Shown piece after piece: positions 1 through 8,876 of a DNA stretch of 20,000 nt. A program made the translations under genes and the position numbers. The notes beneath the pieces are model-generated. The model was not told the origin of the DNA. It saw nothing but the letters and a program-made list of their open reading frames with translations, and ran no database searches. The number at the start of each line of letters is the position of its first letter. The stretch's first letter is position 1. Origin of the DNA: an uncultured virus (IMG/VR IMGVR_UViG_3300009503_000028) (taxonomy: Duplodnaviria > Heunggongvirae > Uroviricota > Caudoviricetes); the IMG/VR virus record IMGVR_UViG_3300009503_000028; one strand, written 5' to 3'.

Positions 1-74
1 TGAAGGGAAACCTCTATTCTGGAAGTCATACATTACATTTAATAAGTTGCAAAGTCAAAATATAATGGATTACT

Positions 75-1334
75 ATGGAACAACAGAAACCTAAGATGTC
101 TATCCTCTGGCACTCTGTTAGCCCCTTTTGTGCTAGTGGGTATGGCAAAGTAACTAGGTATGTTACTAATCTATTATCTCAAAATGGATATAGAGTTATC
201 ATCAGTGCTTATTATGGAGTTGAACCTGGTCAACAGATAGTTTTGAACCCAAATCTAATAATGGTTGGAAGCAAGATAGGACAGTTTGGTATACAATCCA
301 GTAGAATGTATGCTGATATGTATAGGACTGATGTTTCACTATTACATACTGATTTTTGGGCATTCCCAGATTTTCCAAGACTTCATCCCAGAGCTTTACT
401 CCATTCTCCTCAGGACAGTGAAGAATACGATCCAGCAACTTATGAAGCAACTAAACAATACTTTTCAGTTACTACTTTAACTGAATGGGCTAAGAGAGAC
501 TTTGAAAAGCATGGGATCAAAGTAGATGAAGTCATCCATCATGGTGTGGATACTTCTATTTTCAAGCCACTAGACAAGAAAGAATGTAGGAAACATTTTG
601 GTTACCCTGAAGACAAGTTCATATTTGGTATGGTATCTGCTAACAATGACAAAGAAGATAGGAAGAACTGGAGTGGAACGTTAAGAGCATTTAGACATTT
701 GTTAGATCAGGATCCAGATATTGGAAGAGAATGTAGACTAGTTCTCTTTACTGATCCAGTCAATCCAGCAGGATATCCAATTGCTTCCATAGCTCACAAG
801 CTAGGATTAGACCAGTATGTATTTCTCTTTCCAAGCCAACTGTTCAATGTTGGAATACCAGATACAGAACTGAACATGCTTTACAACTGCTTTGATGTCC
901 ATGTTTTGTGTTCCAAAAGAGAAGGATTTGGTCTAACAATACTGGAATCTATGTGTTCTGGAATACCAAATATAGTACACAACTACTCTTCAATGACAGA
1001 ACTAGTAAGGGGGAGAGGATGGTTAGTTAAGTCTCTAACTTCTGGGATCAATAGGATAATCACTCCAATAAATAGTGAATTTCATATCCCAGATACCTAT
1101 GATCTATATGAGAAAATGAAGAGATCGTATCTTAGACCTCAGGAAAGAGACAAGTATAGTTTATTGTCTAGGAAGTATACTTTACAGCATGACTGGAACA
1201 TTATATTTAGAGAGAAATGGATACCATATCTTAGGGAAATTGGAGAAAGGCTAGAAAAGCATCCTTTAAGTGTAATAGGAGTTTCAGAAAAGAAAGACGA
1301 GATGTTTAGATCTAAATTTCAGGAGGTAGTTTGA
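75..1334 (+). CDS. GT4 family (GT-B fold) glycosyltransferase
   Basis: N-terminal SGYG motif, HGVD.SIF.P, DRKN and the C-terminal EGFGLTILESMCSGIP (E-x7-E) signature of GT4. Confidence 0.92.
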   Translation: MEQQKPKMSILWHSVSPFCASGYGKVTRYVTNLLSQNGYRVIISAYYGVEPGQQIVLNPNLIMVGSKIGQFGIQSSRMYADMYRTDVSLLHTDFWAFPDFPRLHPRALLHSPQDSEEYDPATYEATKQYFSVTTLTEWAKRDFEKHGIKVDEVIHHGVDTSIFKPLDKKECRKHFGYPEDKFIFGMVSANNDKEDRKNWSGTLRAFRHLLDQDPDIGRECRLVLFTDPVNPAGYPIASIAHKLGLDQYVFLFPSQLFNVGIPDTELNMLYNCFDVHVLCSKREGFGLTILESMCSGIPNIVHNYSSMTELVRGRGWLVKSLTSGINRIITPINSEFHIPDTYDLYEKMKRSYLRPQERDKYSLLSRKYTLQHDWNIIFREKWIPYLREIGERLEKHPLSVIGVSEKKDEMFRSKFQEVV

Positions 1335-2857
1335 TGGATAAAGTAGATATTATAATGTTAAACTACAATGCATTAGAAATGACCAAGATGTGTATTTCTT
1401 CCCTTTTCAAGAACACAGATTATCCTTTCAATCTAATTCTTGTTGACAATGCTTCATCAGAACCTGGAACTAGAGAATTTCTAAACAGTCTAGCTAAAGA
1501 GCATAAAAACATGATAGTTCATTTCAATGAAGTCCCAGATTCAGGGTTTGCAGTTGGAAACAATATTGGTCTAAAGTATTCTACTAATGAATTGGTTCTC
1601 TTAGCTAACAACGATTTGTTGTTCTTTAGAAAAGACTGGTTACGGAAACTAGTTGAAGTAATGGAAAAAGATGAAAAGGTAGGATTAGTAGCTCCAAAAC
1701 TGATCTATCCAAATGATACTATTCAACATGCTGGAACTTACATTGTGCCATCATTTATACTTAACAAGCCTGAAAATACAATAGCTTGGGAACATATTGG
1801 AAGGTTCCAAGATAGTAAGAAGTATTCTTTTACAAGAGAAATGGGAGGAGTTACTTTTGCTTGTGTTTTATCAAGAAAGTCAGTTCTTGGAAAACTTGAT
1901 GAGTCCTACAAAATAGGGACTTATGAGGACAACCAGAAATGTATTGAAGTATTGGAGAAGGGCTATAAAATTGTCTATTGTGGTGAATCTGAAGTCTACC
2001 ACTATGAAAGTTACACTCAGCTTAGAAGACCTAGAGAACAGTTTGAACCTCAAAGAATAGAGAATTATAAACTATTCAATAGTAGAAAGGGAGAAATCCT
2101 CAGAAGAATGTGGGAAAAAGATTCAAAGTTGTTTGGATATTATGATCCAGACATTAAGATATCAGCTCTTGTGCTAGCAAGGGACTGTGAGAGAACTATA
2201 CCTTATTGTCTAGAATCTTTAAACTTCTTCGATGAAATCATAGTCGGATACACTAAAAGTTCAGACAAAACATATGAGAAGATCAAGGGAACAAATGCTA
2301 GAATTGTTGAAATGGATGAAATTGAAGATTTCAGTAAAGCAAGAGATGATTTAGGTAAAGAAGCATCTAATGAGTTTGTTTTCTATTTGGATTCTGATGA
2401 GATAATCCATCCAAGTGTCTATTTTGAACTTCACAGACATTTCTCATACTCTAAAAGTAATGTAACATTTCCTAGAGTTAATGTTTCAGTAACAAAATTA
2501 GCTTATACCAATAAATATCCAGATTTACAGACTAGAGCTATACACAAAACTGCCATGAAGTGGATCGGTAAAATTCATGAAAGATTGCAAGAAATAGGAG
2601 AAATAGTTCCATATGGTATAGTTCATTTTGGGAATTGTTTAGAGACTTGGAATTTAAAGAAATGGAAATATATTTCAGACAAGAATAAGAAGTTAGGATT
2701 TTATGGAGAAATGGAAGACAAGAACCTAAATAATGAAGAGAACTTTAGAAGAATAGTTGAAGCATATTCTTCTTATCCTCAAGAACCTATAGACATTTTT
2801 GGAAGTGAAATTATTCTTCCCAAGAAAGAGAAAATATTGGAAATATCAGGTAGATAG
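1331..2857 (+). CDS. Double-domain GT2 family glycosyltransferase
   Basis: Domain 1: IIMLNYN, LVDNAS, GFAVGNN, LLANND, YED. Domain 2: ISALVLARD, DFSKARD, YLDSDE (DxD), YPDLQTR, IHE. AGGAGG at 1321-1326, and the TTG start overlaps the upstream stop (TTGA). Confidence 0.9.
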   Translation: MMDKVDIIMLNYNALEMTKMCISSLFKNTDYPFNLILVDNASSEPGTREFLNSLAKEHKNMIVHFNEVPDSGFAVGNNIGLKYSTNELVLLANNDLLFFRKDWLRKLVEVMEKDEKVGLVAPKLIYPNDTIQHAGTYIVPSFILNKPENTIAWEHIGRFQDSKKYSFTREMGGVTFACVLSRKSVLGKLDESYKIGTYEDNQKCIEVLEKGYKIVYCGESEVYHYESYTQLRRPREQFEPQRIENYKLFNSRKGEILRRMWEKDSKLFGYYDPDIKISALVLARDCERTIPYCLESLNFFDEIIVGYTKSSDKTYEKIKGTNARIVEMDEIEDFSKARDDLGKEASNEFVFYLDSDEIIHPSVYFELHRHFSYSKSNVTFPRVNVSVTKLAYTNKYPDLQTRAIHKTAMKWIGKIHERLQEIGEIVPYGIVHFGNCLETWNLKKWKYISDKNKKLGFYGEMEDKNLNNEENFRRIVEAYSSYPQEPIDIFGSEIILPKKEKILEISGR

Positions 2858-2859
2858 GA

Positions 2860-3492
2860 ATGTACGAAGAGAATATTGAAGTTGCAAAAGACTTCCACAA
2901 GTTCCTACACATGAATTGGAGACTTCCTCTTTGGTTAGGGGTTATAGTTGAAAAGCTTCCTACTGAAATGTGGATTTACCAAGAACTACTTTATGATATT
3001 AGACCAACCAAGATAATAGAAACTGGATCGGGATATGGTGGCTCAGCTCTCTTCTTTGCTTCTATACTCGATCTTCTAGGTCAGGGTCAAGTTATATCTA
3101 TAGATGTCAAGGAAATTGAGAGACCTAAGCACCCCAGAATTAAGTACATTATAGGGAATTCAGTATCTGAAGAAGTCTTTCGGGAAGTCAGAAAAATGAT
3201 TAAAGAAGAAGATGTTGTCTTAGTTTCTTTGGATTCGGACCACTATTGGGAACATGTTCTTAGCGAACTGGAACTCTATTCTCAACTAGTTACAGTTGGA
3301 TCATATGTTGTAGTTGAAGATACGAATGAGTATGCTAGAGTTCCAATCCTGAAAAATGGAGAAAAAGAAGCAGGTCCTGAAAAAGCTGTGGAAGAATTTC
3401 TTAAGAAGCACCAAAACTTCATAGTTGATAGGTCTAGAGAAAAATTTTATATATCATGTTGTTTAAAAGGATATTTAAGGAGGATATTTTGA
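2860..3492 (+). CDS. CmcI-family (cephalosporin hydroxylase / rhamnosyl O-methyltransferase-like) SAM methyltransferase
   Basis: WLG...K.P.EMWIYQELL, IIETGSGYGGSALFFA, LDSDH..HVL.ELE.YS.LV..GSY.VVEDT and GP..AV.EFL motifs are typical of the CmcI family. Confidence 0.9.
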   Translation: MYEENIEVAKDFHKFLHMNWRLPLWLGVIVEKLPTEMWIYQELLYDIRPTKIIETGSGYGGSALFFASILDLLGQGQVISIDVKEIERPKHPRIKYIIGNSVSEEVFREVRKMIKEEDVVLVSLDSDHYWEHVLSELELYSQLVTVGSYVVVEDTNEYARVPILKNGEKEAGPEKAVEEFLKKHQNFIVDRSREKFYISCCLKGYLRRIF

Positions 3493-4460
3493 AATTGAAA
3501 AAGGTATTGATAACAGGAATTTGTGGTTTTGAAGGATCCAACATGGCTCTGCTCTGGAAAAACAAATACAATATAGCAGGGCTTGACATAACTTCAACAG
3601 CAAGGACTGAAGAACTCAAGGACATACCAATATATTATGTTGATATCAGAGAAAAAGAAGCAGTTGAGAAAGTTTTCAAATCTGCTAAACCAGATGTAAT
3701 AGTTCACTTAGCAGGTCAGGTATCTCACCTCAAATCTCAAGAAGACCCATACTACGACTTAGAATGCAATGTTAAAGGGATACTCAACATCTTAGAAACT
3801 GTTAGAAAGATAAATCCAAAATGTCAGGTACTGTATGCTAGTTCTAGATCAGTATATGGCTTTCCAAAATACTTGCCAATTGATGAAGAACACCCAACAG
3901 AACCAATAGATGCCTATGGGATAACTAAGAGGACAGCAGAACACTATTGTCAACTATATACATACCATTACGGCATTAACACTACATGTTTTAGACAAGC
4001 TAATCTCTTTGGTCCAAGACAGCAAGTATGGACTAATGTTTTCCAGATGGTTTCGTGGATTTTTAGATGTGTAGCTTTGGATGAAGAATTTACATTCTAT
4101 GGTGATGGTTCCCAAACTAGAGATTTTCTATATGTTGATGATGTAGTCAAAGCATATGAACTTGCAATAGAAAATCCAGAAAAAGCGTATGGTCAAATCT
4201 ACAACCTTGGAGGACATGAATACTGTTCTTGGAACCAAGTAATCAAATATGCTGAAGAGGTAACTGGAAACAAAGCTAAGGTAAAATATATACCTCATTC
4301 AGAATTGAGAAGCAAACTAGAAAATCCACACAGTTGGTTAAGCTATTCTAAGTACAAGAAAGCAACTGGATGGATGCCTGTAGTTTCTGTCAAAGAAGGT
4401 TTCAAAGAGATGTACAAATATTTTATATCTGAAAAGAAGATAGAAAAATATTTAAGTTGA
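3489..4460 (+). CDS. NAD-dependent nucleotide-sugar epimerase/dehydratase (extended SDR)
   Basis: TGICGFEGS (GxxGxxG), HLAG, SSRSVYG, YGITK (YxxxK), N.FGPRQ, GDGSQTRDF.YV.D. Start moved from the track's 3456 to TTG 3489 because AGGAGG lies at 3478-3483 and TTGA overlaps the upstream stop. Confidence 0.92.
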   Translation: MKLKKVLITGICGFEGSNMALLWKNKYNIAGLDITSTARTEELKDIPIYYVDIREKEAVEKVFKSAKPDVIVHLAGQVSHLKSQEDPYYDLECNVKGILNILETVRKINPKCQVLYASSRSVYGFPKYLPIDEEHPTEPIDAYGITKRTAEHYCQLYTYHYGINTTCFRQANLFGPRQQVWTNVFQMVSWIFRCVALDEEFTFYGDGSQTRDFLYVDDVVKAYELAIENPEKAYGQIYNLGGHEYCSWNQVIKYAEEVTGNKAKVKYIPHSELRSKLENPHSWLSYSKYKKATGWMPVVSVKEGFKEMYKYFISEKKIEKYLS

Positions 4461-4466
4461 AAATCT

Positions 4467-5030
4467 ATGTGCAATAATGCTATACTAAAGTGGATCGAGC
4501 AGAATGTTTCTAGGAAAGAGATAGAGAACAAAAGAGTACTAGAAATGGGAAGCAGGAATGTTAATGGAACAGTCAGACCTATTATAAACAAATTCAATCC
4601 TAGTGAATATATTGGAATAGATCTGTTACCTGGAGACTGTGTTGACATGATATTGCCAGCAGAAAAAGCTGTAGAACATTTTGGAAGAGAATCTTTTGAT
4701 GTAGTGGTGTCAACTGAAATGCTTGAGCATGTCTATTCTTGGAAGCAAGTTGTTTGGAACATGAAAGAAGTATTGAAGAAAGAAGGCACTTTATTTGTTA
4801 CTACTAGGTCTTATGGTTTTGGGTTGCATGACTTTCCAGCTGATTATTGGAGATTCGAAATAGAAGACTTTGAAGCTATTTTCAAAGATTTCAAAATCAT
4901 CAACCTTGAAAAAGATCCAGAAGCTCCTGGTGTGTTTCTAAAAGCTATTAAACCCTTAGACTGGAAGCCAATAGATCTATTTTCTACTCCTTTTTTAGTT
5001 TATTCAATCAGAGAAGGCAAAAGAATATAA
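4467..5030 (+). CDS. Class I SAM-dependent methyltransferase (Methyltransf_11-like, glycan-cluster type)
   Basis: VLEMGSRNVNG (motif I), YIGID, FDVVVSTEMLEHV, LKKEG.L and H.FP.DYWRF. Confidence 0.88.
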   Translation: MCNNAILKWIEQNVSRKEIENKRVLEMGSRNVNGTVRPIINKFNPSEYIGIDLLPGDCVDMILPAEKAVEHFGRESFDVVVSTEMLEHVYSWKQVVWNMKEVLKKEGTLFVTTRSYGFGLHDFPADYWRFEIEDFEAIFKDFKIINLEKDPEAPGVFLKAIKPLDWKPIDLFSTPFLVYSIREGKRI

Positions 5031-5031
5031 T

Positions 5032-5598
5032 ATGATATTACTTATATATATTCAAGATACCTCTTCTCTTTCTAAAAAGCTTCTACATCTTCAACTTAGA
5101 AACTACAAACAGTTCTATTTAAAATCTATTCTTGTTTCTCCAGTAGAATTCCCAGGATATGATGGGTACAATGTAGAGTGGAGAACAGAGCTATTTCCAT
5201 GTAAAACAGGAGGAGCAATAGTTAGCATAGCTCAAACTTCTAAGGAACCGATATATTATTGTAACAACAACTATCTAGTTTTTGAGAATCCATCTCTAAT
5301 TGAAACAGATAGCCTTGTAGTTTCCAGATACGAAATACCGTATCCTGTAGTTGATAGTAAACAACAATTTGTTTACAGAACGAGAAACAAATGTTTTTCC
5401 AATGAAGAAGTTTTCATTCAGCATGCTCTCTTCAAACCAGAGACAATTATGAGATATATTAGGAAAGATGTAGGAAGTATAGAAGAAATACTTGAAGATG
5501 TTCTTCCTAGACATATTATCAAGATACATAGATACAAAGGGAAATGGTACTACATTACATCTGAAGATCAGCTAGAAGCAATAGGCTTAAGAGTTTAG
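5032..5598 (+). CDS. Degenerate sugar-phosphate nucleotidyltransferase-like (GT-A) protein
   Basis: TGGAI, GSIE.....LP and C-terminal YKGKWYYITS.DQL resemble NTP_transferase motifs (GTGGA, G.W.DIG...D). The LAGG.GTR loop and the catalytic Asp residues are missing. Confidence 0.5.
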   Translation: MILLIYIQDTSSLSKKLLHLQLRNYKQFYLKSILVSPVEFPGYDGYNVEWRTELFPCKTGGAIVSIAQTSKEPIYYCNNNYLVFENPSLIETDSLVVSRYEIPYPVVDSKQQFVYRTRNKCFSNEEVFIQHALFKPETIMRYIRKDVGSIEEILEDVLPRHIIKIHRYKGKWYYITSEDQLEAIGLRV

Positions 5599-5635
5599 AC
5601 TACAGAATACTCTGTTACTTCTGGAGAGTTGTAAC

Positions 5636-5899
5636 ATGAGTGAGTGCCAATCCAATAGATGTGAAATAGGTATCAATCCTTCAAGGAATTTCAAATATGT
5701 TTGGAGATGTTCTAATGACAAATGTAGGTTTGTTATTCCTATCAATGATGAAACTTATAGATTATTCTTTCCTAAGCTAAGATGCCCAAAATGTGCTAGT
5801 GGACTAATATGCTATCCAGCAGATTGGGTTTCAAAAAGAAGGGAATCTTTAAATAGAGAACAGTCGAAATCTTCTATAGGTGAAGTAACATGCCATTAA
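5636..5899 (+). CDS. Small Zn-ribbon-like Cys-rich protein
   Basis: CSNDKC...CPKC pair plus an N-terminal CQSNRC. Fits between neighbouring genes. Confidence 0.55.
   Translation: MSECQSNRCEIGINPSRNFKYVWRCSNDKCRFVIPINDETYRLFFPKLRCPKCASGLICYPADWVSKRRESLNREQSKSSIGEVTCH
5835..5883 (+). promoter_or_regulatory. Candidate archaeal promoter (purine-rich BRE + TATA) and Shine-Dalgarno site for the structural block
   Basis: Purine tract AAAGAAGGGAA, then TTTAAATA at 5848-5855, then GGTGA at 5879-5883, ending 6 nt before ATG 5890. Confidence 0.4.
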
Positions 5900-6567
5900 G
5901 TAGTTTAGACATAATGTTTTCATACACTAATACAGCTACTGGGTCATCTAACAATACTCTTTCCCTTGGTGGGACACTAAGTTGGAATGCATCAGCTACT
6001 TTACCATATACTATTTCTTCTGGAGTAATGGATAATATATTTGATGACGTAACTGGAGACGAATCTTTCAATGGGAAAACAGAATATCGAGCTATTGCTA
6101 TTTACATTGCAACTATAAACTCACCTGGCTCTTTCGATGCTATTACACCAAAAGTATGGATTTCAGGATATTATAGAGCTGGAAGTGGTGCAGATACAAT
6201 ATATATTAGTGCTACTACATTTGCATTGAATTCAAATACAATGCAGCTTATTGGTAATGAGACTGTTGCTCCAACTGATATTCCAGCTTTTGGTTGGTTG
6301 CCTGAAGGAGCCCCTTCAACTACTATATGGTGGGATTCAAGTAACAACCCAACAACTGTCCCTCAAACTTCAGGATCAAGTACTCTCAGAAGTAGAAATT
6401 GGGCAGGAATCTGGTTGAAGAGAGTTGTCCCAGCTCAAGCAAGTGCTTTTAACAACAGAGCTGTCACGATAACATTCCAGTGTGAGACAACAGCTAGTCC
6501 CTACAAACACTTAGTTAAAAAAGATTTCATCTATAGATGGGATTCTGGTGCTCTTGAAGTTGCTTAA
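5890..6567 (+). CDS. Putative virion structural (tail/baseplate-associated) protein
   Basis: S/T/G/N-rich, beta-strand pattern. SLGG...NIFDDVTGDE..GKTEYR...GIWLKRVVP resembles motifs I recall from uncharacterised phage virion-region proteins. GGTGA ribosome site upstream. Confidence 0.6.
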   Translation: MPLSSLDIMFSYTNTATGSSNNTLSLGGTLSWNASATLPYTISSGVMDNIFDDVTGDESFNGKTEYRAIAIYIATINSPGSFDAITPKVWISGYYRAGSGADTIYISATTFALNSNTMQLIGNETVAPTDIPAFGWLPEGAPSTTIWWDSSNNPTTVPQTSGSSTLRSRNWAGIWLKRVVPAQASAFNNRAVTITFQCETTASPYKHLVKKDFIYRWDSGALEVA

Positions 6568-6826
6568 GAAGTTCAGAGAAAAACTTCCCCCCACTCTTTC
6601 TTATGGAATTTTCAAACCATGTAGAAGATGTGTTTACCAGAAGCATTCAGAACCTATACTGATTGTTTCTGCTTCTAGAGGACCTAGAATTATACTTGAT
6701 CCTTCAGGAGGATGCTATGTAAGAGTCAGTGATTGTATCGGATATGAAAAATGTGGTAAATGTTTTGAAGCTGTAAAAGGTAAAGTCCCAAACTGTAAAT
6801 GGAAATCTTTTTGTAGCAGAAAATAG
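6548..6826 (+). CDS. Small basic 8-Cys metal-binding protein
   Basis: CRRC, C-x6-C-x5-CGKC and C-x5-C. Fills the gap between two structural genes. The true start may be TTG 6554 or 6560. Confidence 0.6.
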   Translation: MLLKLLKKFREKLPPTLSYGIFKPCRRCVYQKHSEPILIVSASRGPRIILDPSGGCYVRVSDCIGYEKCGKCFEAVKGKVPNCKWKSFCSRK

Positions 6827-6849
6827 TTTAAAAGCAATAGGGAACTGAT

Positions 6850-7500
6850 ATGCCTGCTCCAACTATATCTGTATATTTCAATACAATAGACCAAGAAACA
6901 ACTATTGGAATGACTAATATTTCAGGGAAGTGGCTATATTGGGCAGGACCTCAAACTACTGGTAGTGCACTAGATCCTGTTACTAGAGAAATATATAACA
7001 AGTGGGTTGAAAAGTTATGGATTGCAGATCCTTCAGTATTTGCTAATGGCACAATAGTTTCAAGCTATCATCCTCCTGGGCAGACGCCAAATAGATGTAT
7101 GTTCATGATTCGCTTAGACTCTGGAACTCTAAGTGATGTAGTCCAAATGACTGCTTTCGACAATACACTCCATACAACTTGGAGTTCAGAAATATTCGGT
7201 ACTGACAATACTAACTACACTTCTTGGCTGAAAGCTGCTCCGACTGGATACATCCACAGTGGAAACACTCTTCTATTGAATGTGTCAGCAGGGTGGGCTA
7301 CTTTCACAACTGCAACTACTCCTCAAAACGACACTCCAAATGCTCTAAAAGGCACTGTTAACTATATTACATGGTCTTCAATACCGGTAGTAGGAGATGC
7401 TCTTCTTGGTATCTTAGCTTGTGTAGTTCCAAGTGATGCTTCAGCTGGTTCATCTGGAAAGACTCCAGTTATTACAGTAATTTACAGGTGGACTGAATAG
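6850..7500 (+). CDS. Putative virion structural protein (Thr-rich beta-sandwich)
   Basis: T/S/G-rich and low in charge. Ends in VITVIYRWTE, a terminal strand pattern like that of neighbouring structural ORFs. Confidence 0.55.
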   Translation: MPAPTISVYFNTIDQETTIGMTNISGKWLYWAGPQTTGSALDPVTREIYNKWVEKLWIADPSVFANGTIVSSYHPPGQTPNRCMFMIRLDSGTLSDVVQMTAFDNTLHTTWSSEIFGTDNTNYTSWLKAAPTGYIHSGNTLLLNVSAGWATFTTATTPQNDTPNALKGTVNYITWSSIPVVGDALLGILACVVPSDASAGSSGKTPVITVIYRWTE

Positions 7501-7501
7501 T

Positions 7502-7825
7502 TTGTGGAAGATAATCTATTGTGATGGTACAACTTATTCTAGTGATGATTGCAGTTTTCTTACCTTGCCAAGGGATAAAGAGGTAGATTCTCTACAATTG
7601 GTCAGTAAAGACAAAATATTTGTTCTTAAGTCTCCAGACAAGAAATTTAGATTCATCTATAATAAAGTAGCTTTTCAATCTCTTATTTATGGAAATACTG
7701 TTGTTCTTGAAGAAATTGGAATGTACCTTCAAAATGATATCTATGCAATAGTTGATTCCAATGGAAATAGTCGGATGGAAAAGAAGTCTCCTCAGGTCAA
7801 GGAGATTTTCAAGTTAAGTGTTTAG
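7502..7825 (+). CDS. Hypothetical protein
   Basis: 107-codon ORF starting with TTG 1 nt after the upstream stop, with codon style like the rest of the window. Confidence 0.7.
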   Translation: MWKIIYCDGTTYSSDDCSFLTLPRDKEVDSLQLVSKDKIFVLKSPDKKFRFIYNKVAFQSLIYGNTVVLEEIGMYLQNDIYAIVDSNGNSRMEKKSPQVKEIFKLSV

Positions 7826-7862
7826 GAAAACTTAAAGACTTCAAAATGTTATCTTCTTTTAG
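7826..7862 (+). promoter_or_regulatory. Candidate BRE-TATA promoter for a leaderless transcript
   Basis: GAAAA-CTTAAAGA at 7826-7838, about 25-30 nt before ATG 7863, with no Shine-Dalgarno. A T-rich tract at 7852-7860 could alternatively be a terminator. Confidence 0.3.
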
Positions 7863-8876
7863 ATGGTTCAAATGCCTAGAAATCACGTCTTTCCACATTC
7901 GGGACCGAAAGGTTACTTTCTTTCTGAAGGCTTAGGTGCCTCTGTGTATAGAGGTTCTTTTGTCTTCGATCCAACAATGTACTTTACTTCAACTAGCACT
8001 ACTGTTAATGGTTTATCTGCTAGACTGCTATCTACGAGTCAAGGAACAACTTCTGCTTACAAAGATATAACCAATTACGATTATGAAATTGGAATTAGGG
8101 TTTGGAAGAGGAACTCAAGTGGTGTTGAAACGGAAATTACTGGTGGTTCTCCGGTTGCAGTTGCTGCCATTCCAGCATCAAGTGGCTACGTTAGTGGTTC
8201 ATGGAATTGTCCCCAGACAAGTTTAGCTTCAACGGATGCAGTTGTGGTTAGGGTTTACGCTTCAGCTGATGGTTCAACATGGAGTTTAGTGGATACATGG
8301 ATTACTCAGCAGCTGGGTGCTCAATCGCTTAATGCTTCAACTTGGACAGTTTACTACTACATTTATATTAGATCGTCACCTTACAAAGTTCTGTTCTATT
8401 TTGGAACAAGTACCTACAACAGTAGGATAGAAAATTTTGCATGGACTGCTCTAACTTCAGTTTCAAACACTCTTTCTTCAACTTATAGAATTTGGGCAAA
8501 GTTTTCTGGATATAGTGATTCGACTAATGTTGCCAAAATAGAAGCAATGGATTTCAATGACTACATTTCCAAACTTAAACTTGCTAGCATAATATGGTAC
8601 AAAAAGGAAGTCAGTCCTTCCTATGGAACTGTTGGATATACTACAGTAACCCTTGAAACTATCTTTTCAGACGACCAAGCTCCAGATCCCAGGGAAATTT
8701 CAGTAGTTTTCAATTTGAGATCTCAATTGGACTCAAGCACTACTCTTTCAACAACTGTTCCTGTCTATTCTTTGGCAACTAAAATTTTCAGAGCAATAGG
8801 AAGCATACCTATTCCAGAAGATGTCCCATTAAACTGTTATGACTTGCAAATTGAGGTGGACTATCTTGCAGCCTGA
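7863..8876 (+). CDS. Putative virion surface/fibre-associated protein
   Basis: Very S/T/V/Y-rich beta domain followed by a C-terminal Ig-like region. Shares a 16-aa motif with the downstream fibre-like protein. Confidence 0.6.
   Translation: MVQMPRNHVFPHSGPKGYFLSEGLGASVYRGSFVFDPTMYFTSTSTTVNGLSARLLSTSQGTTSAYKDITNYDYEIGIRVWKRNSSGVETEITGGSPVAVAAIPASSGYVSGSWNCPQTSLASTDAVVVRVYASADGSTWSLVDTWITQQLGAQSLNASTWTVYYYIYIRSSPYKVLFYFGTSTYNSRIENFAWTALTSVSNTLSSTYRIWAKFSGYSDSTNVAKIEAMDFNDYISKLKLASIIWYKKEVSPSYGTVGYTTVTLETIFSDDQAPDPREISVVFNLRSQLDSSTTLSTTVPVYSLATKIFRAIGSIPIPEDVPLNCYDLQIEVDYLAA

Noticed and set aside
1..94. 3' end of an upstream gene (frame ending TAA 63-65, or frame ending TAA 92-94)
   Set aside because: Probably real, but too short to choose the frame or name a product.
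2860..3492. Antibiotic biosynthesis (cephalosporin hydroxylase) reading of the CmcI-like gene, and beta-lactamase reading of the MBL domain at 13571
   Set aside because: These are family names only. Context favours sugar O-methylation for the first and an RNase Z/PhnP-like phosphodiesterase for the second.
8839..8876. 38-nt overlap suggesting a programmed frameshift between the 337-aa and 1445-aa ORFs
   Set aside because: No slippery heptamer is visible. GAGGTGG before TTG 8866 explains it as ordinary translational coupling.
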